64,000 nucleotides of DNA from the human T2T-CHM13v2.0 reference genome, Homo sapiens. Positions 25,901 to 40,289 of this stretch are shown here, one piece after another. The stretch is from the NCBI RefSeq assembly GCF_009914755.1, contig NC_060928.1; one strand, given 5' to 3'. The notes under the pieces were generated by a model. It was not told the DNA's origin. It saw only the letters and a program-made list of their open reading frames with translations, and made no database searches. The translations under genes were made by a program, and so were the position numbers. Position 1 is the first letter of the stretch. The number at the start of each line of letters is the position of its first letter.

Positions 25901-28175
25901 TAACTTTGTTTTCTATACTGGACCAGGAGAAGAACAGCCCATATGAAGGATGCCCATGTAGCTCATTTGTGTAGGAGCAGATAGCAAGCGTCAGCCTTTT
26001 ATCTCCCTGGCTGGGTGTGACTGTGGTGATAGAGCTGCCTTGGGAAGATGAGTAGCTAGGAAAGAGGTTCTCAAATCACTCCTGCTTTATCGTAAATGTC
26101 TGAGGGCTGTGGCTTTCCAAATTGATTGTGGTCCACCCCAGCCAAGTCACCTTCCTACACCTCGCTGAGTGCTCCAGCATGCTGTGCTGCTGGTCAGATG
26201 TCCAGAAGGCCTCTGCTACTGTCCAGAGAAGTTGGTGCCTCCATTGGAAGTTGATGATTTTCCTTCAGGGGAAACAGACAAAGGACCTGGCAGCTGGGTG
26301 AGAAAAGGAGCCAGCATGTGATGAACAGGCATTGTGTTAACTCAAATTGTACTATGGAATGAGCACATTTTTTTCTCACTCAACAGGAAGTCATCCCAGG
26401 GTAGAGGGAATCCCAGTTCTGCCACCGTTGGGAATCACATGACTCAGGTGGGTCAGGGGATGGAGAATGGCTCAAGCAGGGAGTGTCAGGGCTGCTGAAC
26501 ACCTTCCCAAAGATTGTGCAGGGCTGGGAGGAAGGCCTAGAAGGATGAGCACAGGTTAGGAGTCAAACAAGTGGGTGTTAATCCCATTTCTCTATTTTTG
26601 ACTGTGTGGCCTTAGGCCAGTTACTCAGTCTCTGTGTTCAAAAATAAAGCCCATTTTAGGGCTGCTCTAAAAATGAAACAGGATGATGTAAATGAAGTGC
26701 TGGGCCCACTCCAGTGCTGGTGCTTTGTCAATCATAATGTTACTCATATTCCTAAACTCATATTTCGGTATTGCCTTTTTGAGGTTTTTACAGTTTACGT
26801 TTTTATGATTGGTATAAGCCTGTGTGTGTGGCTGAGTGTCTAGGTTTCTTTTGTGAAAGAGGGACTTCCTTTCTTTTTAGAGTTTTCCTTACTCATGTGG
26901 TGAGACTGTTGCAAGAACTAAGGCTCTTAGAAACACCAAGACTTCTAAAACCCTTTTATTCTTTGTGACAAAGCAAGCAAACTATGGGAGAGTTTGACAG
27001 GGAGAAGGAAAACACAATGTAGTTTTTACTAAGAAACCAATGATTTCCTTTATTCTCCCTTCTTCTAGAAGGAAATGTGAAGGTTTCCTTAGTTTCTTCC
27101 TTCTGGGTGAAAACCCAAGTACAGATCTACTGCTCTCTTGGAAAGAATAATTCAGGAAAAAACAAAGTATGTGTGAAACATATTTAAAACAAAAGCACTT
27201 GTAAAATCCTTAACAGTCTCATGAGTTCTCTCCATTCTTCTCTTCTTTACAGAGGAGACCTTTGTTTTGGAAAGAGAACCCAGTGGGGCATTGGGAACTA
27301 GGTACAGCACGATGTCTGAAGTCAATGCTTGCCTATCTTCTACAGTTATCTGTGGGCACAAATTACAACAGCTTACAAAGAACTTCATGGAGGGCAATTT
27401 AGTGCTCCTAATGTCCTGCTGACAATCCTGAGAGGAGGGTCAATGAGGGATCCTCTACTTCCTTTTAGAGGCATTGAAACTGAGGTGTAGAACTTATGTG
27501 CAATACCCCTGCTCCCCAGCTGGTCAATACTGGAGCAGCACTAGATCTGGTTCCTCTGCTGTCTGTCCTTAACTGCCACTGGTTTCTCAAGCTCCGGTTC
27601 CGCTTAGATGCCTAAGGTATCTAAGGTATAGGTATAAGACAGGGCACTGGCAAGAAGGTCTGCTTATTACTTACAGGAGTTGCCTCCCAGGGAAAGAAAG
27701 TGAGCCAAACTGTCAAGGGTGTTTTACATTTATATTGTACTGCTTTATCCCTTTTGGCATCAGAGCTTAAGCCAAGGTACTTGGGCATGGCTGATCTGGC
27801 ATTCAGGTGCCTGAGGAGGCTGGCTTGTCAAAGTGGCTCTCAGAGTGCCCAGTGTTTGAGTCACACCCAACCCATGGACTGTTTGGCTCATGTCCTGGGA
27901 CTTCTTGCCTCCCCTCTTAAAGCAGCAAAAGACAAAAGTGTAATCACTCTCCAGTGAGCCTGGACCAAAGGCCCAGAGCAGAACAACAAGCCCTGTTTTG
28001 CTTCCTCCTGGCATTAAGAATCAAGACTGACTTTGTGCGCTGTGCTGCTGAGTGTGGTGTGTGACCTGTGAAATGAAAAATCCCTGCTCTGTGCCCAGAG
28101 GCTTCCAATCCTGCTGCCCAGGCTGTTTTCTTTTTATACCTGCTGGAAAGGAATCAGAAAAGTCCAACAAGCAAA

Positions 28176-28206
<31 letters not shown>

Positions 28207-29636
28207 CACAATGACCAAGATTCAGCAGAAGCTAGGAAGTGTTCTTAAGACGTTTCTACAGCTTTTCCCCTTCCCACCATGCTTGTCTTGGTTCATCAGT
28301 TCTGATGTTTATTTCACTTGCTTGCTGAGCACCTGCTAGAGGCCACCTACAGCAGCTAGAGGACAAGTTTTAGAGTCAGTCAGTATAAACTAGCTGTGTG
28401 AACTTGAGCAGATAATCTTCCCCCAAAGTCTTAGTTAGTTAGCTTATTTGTTAAGTAATACCATCATAAGACTGAGTCAATTGATCAGTCACTCATTCAT
28501 TCATTTATTCCTTCATTCACCAAATATTTGTTGAGCCTCTACTATGTGTTTGGCACTATTATTAAGTAGTCTGCATGTATTTTTAATTTAATCATCATGA
28601 CAACCCCAAGTAAGTACCTTTTGCTTTCCTCATGTTACAGATGAGGAAACCGTGGCAAAAACAGATGAAATAAGTCATCTGAAGCCATACAACCAGTAAG
28701 TGTTTGATTTGGGTTTGGAATTAATGCATCCTCAAGTCCTGATCCTGTACTACTGAACCAAAAGTAAGACTCAGTCCCCAATCTTAAGATGCTTGTAAGC
28801 TAATCAGGGAGACAGATGTGTGAATGGTTAAGTGATATGTAGGCAAAGTTTCACACAAGAGATATGTATGTAGGGAGGTACCCAAGCTGTCCTACAATTG
28901 GGGATCAAGGAAAACCTTTACAGATTGAGTAATCTTGGGTTAGACTTTGGGAGACACATAGGTACTTTCTGGGATTAAGCTTTGGGAGACAGGTGGGTAT
29001 TATCTGGGTAAAGAGAGGAGAAAAGGAGAGAAAAGGCATTATAAGCAGAGGGAGAAGGATGTAAAAAGGTACAGGAAAGATCAGGCATGTTTGGGAAATC
29101 ATCAAAAATTCAGCAAGTTTGGAGTTCATGGTACTTCAAGGAAAAAGGAGAGACATGGAACTAGAAGGATAAGCAGGGACTTTACTTCCCTCTGGTCACA
29201 TACACAGACAAGGGCAGTTTCTGCCCCTTTCACTTAGGTGACCATGGTGATGATAGTGGTGATAATGATACTAGAATAGATTTTCACCACACCTAGCAGC
29301 TTATGAAACACATCCGCATACACCAGGGCAAATTGCTTGATCCCATGAAGCAGGCAAGGCACACAAAAATAGTTTAGCTTCCAAGTGATTACATAAACTT
29401 GTGCCAAATTTATTCAGTTACTCCCCCAAAAGAGGTCAAACAATGGTCTTTTCATCTAGAGTCCAAAACTCCACTGCTATTTCTCTTATCTAGTAAGACA
29501 AAATTAATCAAATTCACTGAAAGTCCACCACTACTGTGGCAGAAGTGGTGTTCACCAAATATCCATGTGTTCCCCTACATTTCCAAGCCATCCTTGCAAT
29601 AAAGTTGGGGTCATGTGACTAATTCTGGACAAGGGG

Positions 29637-29999
29637 TGTATTAGTCCATTCTCACATTGCTATAAAGGACTACCTGAGACTGGGTAATTTATGAAGAAAA
29701 GAGGTTTAATTGATTAACAGTTCTTCAGGCTTAACAGGAAGCATGACTAGGAGGCCTCAGGAAACTTATAATCATGGCAGAAGGCGAAGGGGAAGCAAGC
29801 ATATCTTATGATGGCAGAGCAGGAGTGGTGGGGGAGATGGTGCCATACACTTTTAAACAATCAGATCTCATGAGAACTCACTCACTGCCAGGAGAACAGC
29901 AAGGGGGAAATATGCCTCCATGATCCAGTCACCTTCCACCAGGCCCCTCCTCCAAATCAACATGAGATTTGGGTGGGGACACAAATCCAAACCATATCA
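29637..29999 (-). mobile_element. THE1D/MST MaLR solo LTR nested in an older MLT1 LTR (about 29535-30220)
   Basis: tgtattagtccattctcacattgctataaagg...gggacacaaatccaaaccatatca. Confidence 0.88.
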
Positions 30000-30874
30000 G
30001 TGGGCTTGGGAGTGGACATGAAGTGCCAGGTTAGGGTGAAGCCTAACTGCTTTACCCTGATACTGCAACCTTGGACATCATTTTGCCATACGGTGTAGTT
30101 TCAAGATGAAAGAGGGTGGCCAACCTAAGCCTGACTTTACAAAGCAAAAATGTGTTTATTAAATTAAGCCAATGGAAATTTGCGGTCTTATCTTTACTCC
30201 AGCATCCTAACTACTATAGTTCTCAAAAGGTTGGCATTTTTTCTACCTGTCTTTGTATTTTATTTCCCAACAACTGTCCCTTTCCAATTCATTTGTAAGC
30301 CTCATTGGACCACTTAGAGTCGCTGGCTATGTCCTTTGAGAATCATTTATTGAACATCTCTTCCTCTCCTACTTGATTGCAAGTTCCTCTAGGGCAGAGC
30401 TGTGACAATCATTTTGAAAAATTATTTTCAGGAAGAGTCTGGCACAAAAGAAATATGCATAACTGGATTTTATTTTTTAAAAATCTATAAAAAATGACCA
30501 TTTTGCTTGGGATACTTTGAGGACCCCAAGTCAGGTTTATTAATTTTAGAAATGATATCATTTCATGTCAGATGATTCTCTGACTTGGGCTTTCAGTCTT
30601 TGACAACTTTTTTATCTTTATCCCAAATTAAGAAAATGCAAAATTTACAGAGAAGCATCTTATCTGTGTTCAACAAGAGTTCTTCACTTTCTGTGAAATG
30701 CTGGATAAGCTATAGAATGAAAAATAGTGATGTCTACCAAATTAGTAGTATAAGGATTGATTACATAATGATTACCTGTTAAACTTTAACATTGTGCTTA
30801 TTGTATAATAGAACTTGAGTGTTTTCAGAGTTATGTGGGGGCATGGAGCAGGTGAAATCCAGGTGATCACCATG

Positions 30875-31292
30875 TGAAATGGTTTGGATATATGTCCCCA
30901 CCAAATCTCATGTTTAATTATAATCCCCAGTACTGGAGGTGGGGTGTGGTGGGAGGTGACTGAATCATGGGGGTGGGTTTCTTATGAATGGTTTAGTGCC
31001 ATCCACTTGGTGCTGTCCATAGTGAGTTTTTATGAGATCTGGTTGTTGTAAAGTGTAAAGTGTGGCACCCTCCCTGCCTCCTTGCTCCTGCATTCTCCAT
31101 GTGATGTTCCTGTTCTAGCTTCACCTTTTGCCACGAGTAAGAGCTCCCTGAGGCCTCCTCAGAAGCCAAGCAGATGCCAACACTATGTTTTCTCTACAGC
31201 CTGCAGAACCATGAGCTGATTGGACCTCTTTTCTTCGTAAATTACCCAGTGTCAGGTATTTCTTAATAGCGATGCAAGAATGGCCTAATAAA
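30875..31292 (+). mobile_element. MSTA-type MaLR solo LTR
   Basis: tgaaatggtttggat...caagaatggcctaataaa; 5-bp TSD CCATG at 30870-30874 and 31293-31297. Confidence 0.9.
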
Positions 31293-31929
31293 CCATGATT
31301 GGGGTTCCTGAATCTGTGGATGACAGTCAAGTCTGTGTCTCCCTGCCTGGGGCATCCCAGGTAAGGGCTGAGCAGCATCAAGAAAATCTGTGCAACATTT
31401 GCAACTCATAACATACCACTTATCACTTCACCCCTCAGACTCACAAGAACACATAATAGAACCAATGCAAGAGAAGGATGCCACAAGGATGACCTTAAAT
31501 CTCACCTCATCTATCACATAAAACATAAATGACAAAGTTTGGTAATTTGGCTACCATGCATGACAGCACTCACAACTGATGGGGTGATGCATAGGAGTTG
31601 AGAATTGCTGCTCTGGGGAATGTGTGGGGAGTCTCTATTGAAAAGGTTTTTTTTCTAGAGGAATGAAAATGCACCTAGTTAGGTTTGCTGTACATGGTTT
31701 TTTCCCAACTATTTTATGCCTCCTTCTTTTTTTACTTCCTAGAGAAATTTCTGGCAAGAACTTCTGGCAGTCTCCTGTTTCCCAGATGCCCGGCTCCTCA
31801 CTGACGTGCACATAACAGCAAATCTATAACAATCCTCCTTCCAATTACATCAGGTGGTGGGGGGGGGGGGCGCGAGCAGGAGGGCATAAGAAGGTCAGTA
31901 CCCTAGAAGGCAGCCTCATTTACTCATCC

Positions 31930-32390
31930 ACTAAGAAAATAATGACTGAACACCTACCAGGTTCCAGGCACTTGGGAAAAGGCAGTGAGCAAGACTGATG
32001 AAGGCCCCAGCCCGCAAAGCCTCATATTCAAAAGCTGGGACAGAGATGAGAGAAAAGTAAAGAAATAAACAAGACATCCTGGATGGCGATAAATGCCATG
32101 AAGATAATAAAACAGGGTTATGTGATAGAAAATGGCCAGAAATGAGGATAGCAGGTTTGATGGAGGTCTTTTCAAGAGGACATGCAATCAGGACCCAATC
32201 ATGCAATGATGTGTGGGAAGAACCTTCCCATAGGCCGGAGGGAGGGATGGGCTTGGTTTATGTGACAAAGGCTAAGTGGCTGTAGCAGAGAGAACTAAGG
32301 GAAGAGAAGCAGAGGCTAGATGATGGTGAGCCTTATAATCGATTCAAAGACATTCCAAGTAAGTGCAAAAGGAGGCCATCAGAGGGGCCC
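31930..32390 (-). mobile_element. L2 relic
   Basis: actgaacacctaccaggttccaggcac...aaatgccatgaagataataaaacaggg. Confidence 0.6.
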
Positions 32391-32528
32391 TTGTGGACAT
32401 TGCAATACAATGTTGAAGTCCAAAAACAATAGTCTATTCATTGACCTACCCTTATTTCCTAAACTCTAAATAATGCTCAATAATTTTTTTTTAACCAATT
32501 TACAAATGGTTTTTTTACTTGTGCCTTC

Positions 32529-33690
32529 GTTTTGTTTTTGTTTTTTGTTTTGTTTTGTTGTTATACTTCTAGCGTACAATGTGCAGGTTTGTTACATACG
32601 TATACATGTGCCATGTTGGTGTGCTGCACCCATTAACTCATGATTTATATTAGGTATATCTCCTAATGCTATCCCTCCCCCCTCCCCCCACCCCACCATA
32701 GGCCCCAGTATGTGATGTTCCCCACCCTGTGTCCAAGTGTTCTTATTTTCACTTCCCACCTGTGAGTGAGAACATGCGGTATTTGGTTTTCTGCCCTTGT
32801 GATAGTTTGCTCAGAATGATGGTTTCCAGCTTCATCCATGTCCCTACAAAGGACATGAATTCATCCTTTTTATGGCTGCATAGTATTCCATGGTGTATAT
32901 GTGCCACATTTCCTTAATCCAGTCTATCATTGATGGACATTTGGGTTGGTTCCCAGTCTTTGCTATTGTGAATAGTGCCGCAATAAACATACTTGTGCAT
33001 GTGTCTTTATAGCAGCATGATTTATAATCCTTTGGGTATATACCCAGTAATGGGATGGTTGGGTCAAATGGTATTTCTAGTTCTAGATCCTTGAGGAATT
33101 GCCACACTGTCTTCCACAATGGTTGAACTAGTTTACAGTCCCACCAACAGTGTAAAAGTGTTCCTATTTCTCCACATCCTCTCCAGCACCTGTTGTTTCC
33201 TGACTTTTTAACGATCGCCATTCTAACTGATGTGAGATGGTATCTCATTGTGGTTTTGATTTGCATTTCTCTGATGGCCAGTGATGATGAGCATTTTTTC
33301 ATGTGTTTTTTGGCTGCATAAATGTCTTCTTTTGAGAAGTGTCTGTTCATATCCTTGTAGAAAAATTAATTCAAGATGGATTAAAGACTTAAATGTTAGA
33401 CCTAAAACCATAAAAACCCTAGAAGAAAACCTAGGCAATACCATTCAGGACACAGGCATGGGCAAGGACTTCATGAGTAAAACACCAAAAGCAATGGCAA
33501 CAAAAGCCAAAATTGACAAATGGATATAATTAAACTAAAGAGCTTCTGCACAGCAAAAGAAACTACCATCAGAGTGAACAGGCAACCTACAGAATGGGAG
33601 AAAATTTTTACAATCTACCCACCTGACAAAGGGCTAATATCCAGAATCTACAAAGAACTTAAACAAATTTACAAGAAAAAAATCAAATAA
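32529..33690 (-). mobile_element. 5'-truncated, 5'-inverted L1PA4/5-type element (minus 32529-33356; inverted plus segment about 33358-33690)
   Basis: ORF2 C-terminus [11 protein letters not shown]... on minus; adjacent upstream ORF2 segment [14 protein letters not shown]... on plus; (TTTTG)n tail. Confidence 0.93.
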
Positions 33691-33729
33691 TTGTTTTTTT
33701 CTCCCTCTCTCTTTTTTTCTTTCCTAATA

Positions 33730-34820
33730 ATTACTCCATACCCAGTCTATTGCAGGTACTGTGCTAGACTTTGGAGACATGGCAACACACAAAAATTAAA
33801 TTCCTGCTTTTATGTGGAGACAAACAATAAACAAACACATGTAGAATGTGTTTGGAAATGTTACACTTTATGAAGGAAAAACAGAGGATCATAAGCAGTG
33901 TCATGCATGTGTGTAGGCACAGTCTGGCTATTTTTGGTAGAAGGTCTTTGAGGAGCAATTGGAGAAAAGACGGGAGAGGAGAGAACCCTATGAACCCTGT
34001 GAACAACCAGGGGAAAAGCAGCCGAGGATGTGGGGACTGCAAGTCCGAAGCCAGCGGCAGGGAGCATGCTTGGTGTGTCTGAGAAAGAGCAGCTGGCTTG
34101 GGGGAGTGATGGAGACATGGGGGTGGCTGACGGTGACCAGGCCAAGTGGGCTTCATGGGTTTAGGGGAGGAGTTTGGATTTCACTGTGAGATGACAAAAC
34201 CCTGGAGTTGTTGGCAGAGGTGCTAGAACATTATTCCATTTAAGCATAAAAGGCTCAATCTGCCTGCTTCACCCAGTGGTGGAGAACAACTGAGTGGAAA
34301 CAGCTGGAGGAGCCATGTTCCTGGGAGAAGGGGAGAGGTTTTGGATCCGGAGCATGGTGTGAAGATGAACCAGCAGGATTTCCCAACAGGGTAGATGGGG
34401 CTGGGAGATAAGAGGGAGTGAGGGAAAACACCAGCGACATTGGCCTGAGAGTGTGCAGGAAAAGCCAGTTTGGGAAACCTTGGAGGAACCAGTTTAGTTC
34501 TGACCAAGATGAATTTGACATGTCTGTTAGACTTCCAAGTGAAAACATTGAAGAGGCAGTTGGTTGTATCAGGCTTGACTTTACAGGAGAAGTGGAGGCT
34601 GGGAATATATTAATAAATGAAGGAGTTGTCAGCTTAGAGATTGTATTAAAATGCATAGGACTCAATGAGATATTCTAGGAAACAGGTATGAAAAGAGATA
34701 AGAAGAAATGTGTGCGCCGAATCCTGAGGCAAGAGATGGAGAGAGAACAGCGAGTGAGGATAGGGAGGAGAACCAAGACAGCATGATGCCCATACACGAA
34801 GGGAAGAAGTATTTCATGGA
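33730..34820 (-). mobile_element. L2 relic
   Basis: gaatttgacatgtctgttagacttccaagtg...gtggaggctgggaatat. Confidence 0.65.
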
Positions 34821-34859
34821 GAAACACCAGCTGTAGCAAAGAAAAGGAAGTTTGGATCT

Positions 34860-35000
34860 GCCTGCTCTCCTTCCTCCCTCCCTCCCGCTCCTTTTCTCCC
34901 TCTCTCCCTCCCTGCTTCCTTCCTCCTTACTTCCCTCCCTCCCTCTTTTCTTCCCTCCCTTCCTTCTGTTTTTTCCCCCCTCCCTCCCTTCCTTCTGTCT
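34860..35000. repeat. (CCCT/CCTT)n polypyrimidine tract
   Basis: About 140 nt of almost pure pyrimidine. Confidence 0.9.
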
Positions 35001-36719
35001 TTCAGTTTCCCGTTAGTCTGAGATCCTGCAGGATAGATATTTCTGGTGCTCTTCACAGAATGAAGGGCCTTGGGTTTCCTCCTGATACCCCACGATGCAT
35101 GCAAAGACATAGCAGATAAAGAGATAATCATAATCTAACCGCAAAATGCATCCCTTGCACTCTGTTATTATATTAACAGCGCTGCTGGTACTTTCCTTCT
35201 AACTTTTACCCGTGGAGAATTGAAAAGACACTTGGAGTGAAGGTTCAGAATCTTCAAAACGTGTACACCATCAGCATAAATGTCTCATTCTGGATAAATC
35301 CGCTTCAATTATATATTTAACTCAGCTGAGAGCTCCCCAAAGAAGGGTTATTCTGTATTCACCAGCAAAGTATTTTTGATACCCTCATGGGGACAATGAT
35401 TTGCCAAAAATTCATGCAACTTTTTTTATATTAATGCAGGAAAACTTGAAGATTATTAAGTCCATGCTTCTGACAGCCCCTGCAGTTACAAATAAAATAG
35501 CTAATGAGAAGAAAAACTGCCCCTACCGGCTTATTCCCAAAGCCCCAGCCATCTTTACGCAAGAATGCTGTGACAAATGGTACTTTTCACATTTCTAACA
35601 TGCCCCTTCTCCGATTATAGATGTAGATGGATAACATGACCACAAGAGTTAGGCCCCGAAGCAGATGATTGCCTCTGGCACCCGCCGTATGCAATTCGAG
35701 GTGAAATTTCCAAGAGCCAAATGAAATAATTGCAACAGGGTAAGTCTAACTCTGCCAGTGGATTTATAAAAATTAAAAGGTCTGAGAGGTAATGCTCATG
35801 AACCCATTTGTCTCATTTTTCCTCATTAAGATTTAATTGAAATGAACTCTGGTAACTGTAAGAAAAGTTACATTCTTATTTCAGGCTAGCATTTTTTAAG
35901 CACCATACTCTCCTTGGGATCAGTTTGATGCACTGCTATTTCACCATTGATATTAGTGCAAACATACTAGTGAAATAAAAAAGAAAGGCCATTTAATCCT
36001 ATCAAAAGATAGCCATTTTGCATTTAAGAAGCACAGGTATCTACGTTTGAAGGCGCAATTAAAACAACTTCTGGACGAATTCTAAAATGTGAATTGGCCC
36101 CCTACCACGTAAAACTAATTTAAAGGAAATGGAAAGTCAAAATGTTGTCATTTAAAATAATTACCATATATAGATAGATATAGTCCCTCACTTACCTGCC
36201 ACTTCAACATATTGTATGTAAGAAATTAATGTGAAGTGCACTTTTATGTAAGCATCAGAGAATCTGGAAACATAAAAGTATGACAGCGGTCTTCATTTGG
36301 GTTTTTCGAGGCTGCTATTGTGCATACTGCCACTTACAGCTTGCACATGGTATGACAGCACTGGCCACCAGGGTCTTCAGCTCCTTGCCACCCCCTTCCC
36401 ATCCACACTGCCAAGGTGAAAAAATGGTTCTTGCCAAAGTCACTAAAAGCCCTCTCTTTGCCCACCACTGTGTATGTTCCACACTTCTCAGTGGTATTTA
36501 ACCTTGCTGTCCATGTCATCCTTTTCATATATAAAACTCCTTCTTGGGTTTCTAGCTCTCTCTTCTCCTGGCGACCTCCTTCAGCTTCTGATAGCTGCTT
36601 ATTGGCCTCCTCCCAGGGTTCTTTAGCTGTCTCTCCCCCAGTGTTGGTCTTGCCCCACTCTTCTGCTCTAGGTCGACTTGCCTCTTCACTCAAGACCTTC
36701 TCAGGACAAACTTGTCCAT

Positions 36720-37182
36720 TGTGGTGGGTTGAATAATGTCCTCCCAAAAGATACACCCAAGTCCTAACTCTGGAAACTGTGAGTGAACACTATTTGAAAA
36801 TAAGGCCTTTGCAGATATAATTAAGGTAGGGATCTCTAGATGATATAATACTGGATTTAGGATGGACCTTCAATCCAATGACAGATGCTCTTATAAGAAG
36901 GGGAGAGGACAAAGAGAGACACAGAGGAGAGACAGCCGTGTGAAGAGACCCGAGGCAGAAATTGGAGTTAGGCTCGCACAAGTTCAGGAGTGCCCTCAGT
37001 CATTCTGGAATGACTGGAAAACAGCAAGTTAAGAGGATTTCTTAGACCTTCAGAGGGAGCGCAGCCATTGTGACACCTTGACTTGGGACTTTTGGCCTCC
37101 AGAACTTTGCAAGGATACGTTTCTGTTGATTTAAACCATGAGGTGTGGTAATTTGTTACAGTGGCTGTAGGAAATGGATATA
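36720..37182 (+). mobile_element. MLT1 (about MLT1C) solo LTR
   Basis: tgtggtgggttgaataatgtcctccc...ggtaatttgttacagtggctgtaggaaa. Confidence 0.85.
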
Positions 37183-37657
37183 TTCACCCAAATGAGACCT
37201 CCACTCCTACCTTTAAGCCCAAAGACTCCCAATTTTAGAGCTTCAGCCAGTATCTTGCTCCTGAGTTTCAGATGCTTGGTATCTTGACTGGGATGTCTTA
37301 CAGACAGCTCCTTCTCAAGACACACATCCAGCCTAGGGCTCCTGCCTGCTCCTTATTGATTCAGCTGCCAATGCTGCAGACTGGGGATTCATACCACTAC
37401 TCAAGAACTACTTACACAACCAACCTAGACCCTAATTATAGAGGCAGCAGTGGGAGGGAGGGGCCCAGCACCCAGACTCTGAAGCCTAGATGTTTGGACT
37501 TGAATCTTCATTTAGGCTTAACTTATTATTTGAACTTGGGCCAGTTTTCTGTCTTGTTACCTCAGTTTTCTCATCTGTAATACAGGCCAATAATAATACT
37601 CACAAAGGGCTGAGAATACTGCTTGGCACATAGAAAGTGTGTTTTCTTTATTTTTAA

Positions 37658-37972
<315 letters not shown>

Positions 37973-40289
37973 TGAAGAGTATCTCTGTGCCCATCTGTGC
38001 AGTACCTTAGGAGCCCATGTTCCATAGTTCACCCTTTGACTCTGATGAGGCTGCTTTCCTCCAGGTAGTCCCATAATAAGATTCGCCCAAGGCTTCTGAT
38101 CCCAAATCTTTCCTTCATCTGCAATGCTCTTCCTCTTTCCACTCATTCTTTCTCCTCCTCCCACCTTTCTCCTCAAGTTGGACTTAGCTTTGATACAGCC
38201 TCTTCCAGACACTCTCCACTGCCCTGCAAGCTGAAGGGTAATGATCTGTTTATTATCTGCCTCTTCTATTAGATTGTCAGCTCTTCCAAAGCAGAAATTA
38301 TGTTTTATTCCTATATGTACCTTGAAGACTTGGAATGCAGCCTGCATAAAGTAGGGGTGCAGGGAATCTTTGTGAAATAAATAACCATTTGTTTACCAGT
38401 TTCTGCATCCCTCTGGGTGATGAATGACAGGGTAAGCCGGAAAAAGAATCTGGCTACCAAATTATAGTCCTAAAGTTCTCCATTTTAACAATTAGCTGAA
38501 AGCCTTTTGGGAAATGTAATAGTCACTCACTATTTATATTCCAACAAAGCACAACACCCTACAGTCTGCTGACTGATTATATGCAGAACACATTTCACAA
38601 GGAAAACAGCAAAGTGTGCTAGTGGCAGAGATGTGATCTTAGGGAGGTAAAGGAGAAGGAATAGGATTTCTAGAAGATTAAGAGCATAGAACAAGACCCC
38701 AAGACCTATGCCTGGAAGCAAATGAAAATATAGAAGCATGGCGTCTTATATGATTAGGAGGTATTGGAGTACAAAGAAAGATTTTATGCGTTCTGAAACC
38801 TGTAGGTCAGTTATGACCTAGAATTATTGAAGGAATCTGGTGTAGGCCATTCTCCTGTTCAGAGCTTTTTCTAGATATCATAGAGCTAACAAGTACACAA
38901 TTTCTAAGAGACTCTTGCAACCTTAGTGCTGTTTCAAAGTTTTTCCTGGTTTCATCTGAATGCCCAGCACACAGCTTTTAGGAGCACTCAGTGGTTTAGT
39001 GTTGATGACAGGTTGACAGAGAAAACCAAGTGTCTTCCATATAGGAGACAGTTAACATGGGAAGTTATAACTGCATTAGGGGTCTACTCTTAACAAGACC
39101 AACTTCACTGCTCTGGTTAGCAATTTTCTGAGGAATGAGTAGGAAAATAGGAAGAGACTCAATCTCTCCTTTCAAGCCCCACATTCAGTCTATCAGCAAA
39201 TACTATTGATTCAATCTTTAAAATACATCCAGGAGAACCATCTCCACTGCAATTATGCTGGTCTAAGCCCTCATCATCTTCTGTCTGGATTTTTGCAATA
39301 GTCTCCTGACTGGCCTTCCTATTTCTCCCCTTATCCAGCTTCTGTCTATTCTCAACACAGCAGTGGGGCCTTCCTGCTCAAACTAGGACAGACCAAGGCG
39401 CACCTCTGTTGAAAGACCTGCAATGTTACCCAGATTAAAAACCCAAGTACTCTCAGTGTATACTATCTGCCCCTGGAAAGGATTAGAGAAGTTACTTCCT
39501 CATGAAATTGGTGCCATTAAGCTCAGATCAGAAGTACGAATATAACAGACTCCCATGAACATACCAGTTCTTCTCTGTAAGAGTTACAAAATATTTTGCT
39601 AAAGGGCAGCAAAAAATAAAGAATACAAAAATTAATAAAAATGTTAATGGCTCTAGTAGGAGGTCTGAAGGCAACCAAAAATTCAAGTGGTGTGCAAGTC
39701 ACCTAGACACATGGGTGATCACCAGTGTTAGATGTGTCCTTCTGAGCTTGCCCAATCTGTATTTACAGGACTTTGGTACCAATTGAGTCTTCAGGAATTC
39801 TTAAACAATGTGATGTCCTGGGGTGTATACTGGCTTTGGAATCAAAGATCTTACCTAAGTAAGTTAAATAAACATGTTAGGCCTCATTCTCCTTATCTGT
39901 AAGATGGGATAGTAATATCTACTTTGAAGGATTGTATTTATTCAACCCTCTTCATTCTGAATTCTGTTGGCATATCACTTTCTGTAGGAAGCCTTCTTAG
40001 GTCCTACTAGAATTAATCTCCCCATCTCTGCAGTTTCCTTCCCTATACCCAATAAATCATTGTGTTTTCTAGCCCATCTTATTTGTTTTGCATGTCTGCC
40101 TTCTCAAGACCCTGGGTTCCTGGGTAGCCAAGAGTAGGTCTTATTCATCTCTGTATTCCCAGTACCTAAAATGATGACATTTGTTAGATAAATGAAAGAA
40201 TGAGCTCTCAGAAGCAAATGGAGAGTATATTTCCTGTGTGAAAGTCATAATTTTGTATTTCCAAGACATTTTCCCTTATTACATTGGTA

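Noticed and set aside
27612-27637. ctaaggtat short tandem duplication
   Set aside because: Too short; ordinary slippage
31853-31874. G homopolymer as a regulatory element
   Set aside because: Isolated run with no supporting context, and length is error-prone
32844-33350. 168-aa protein gene
   Set aside because: C-terminal L1 ORF2 remnant with no promoter
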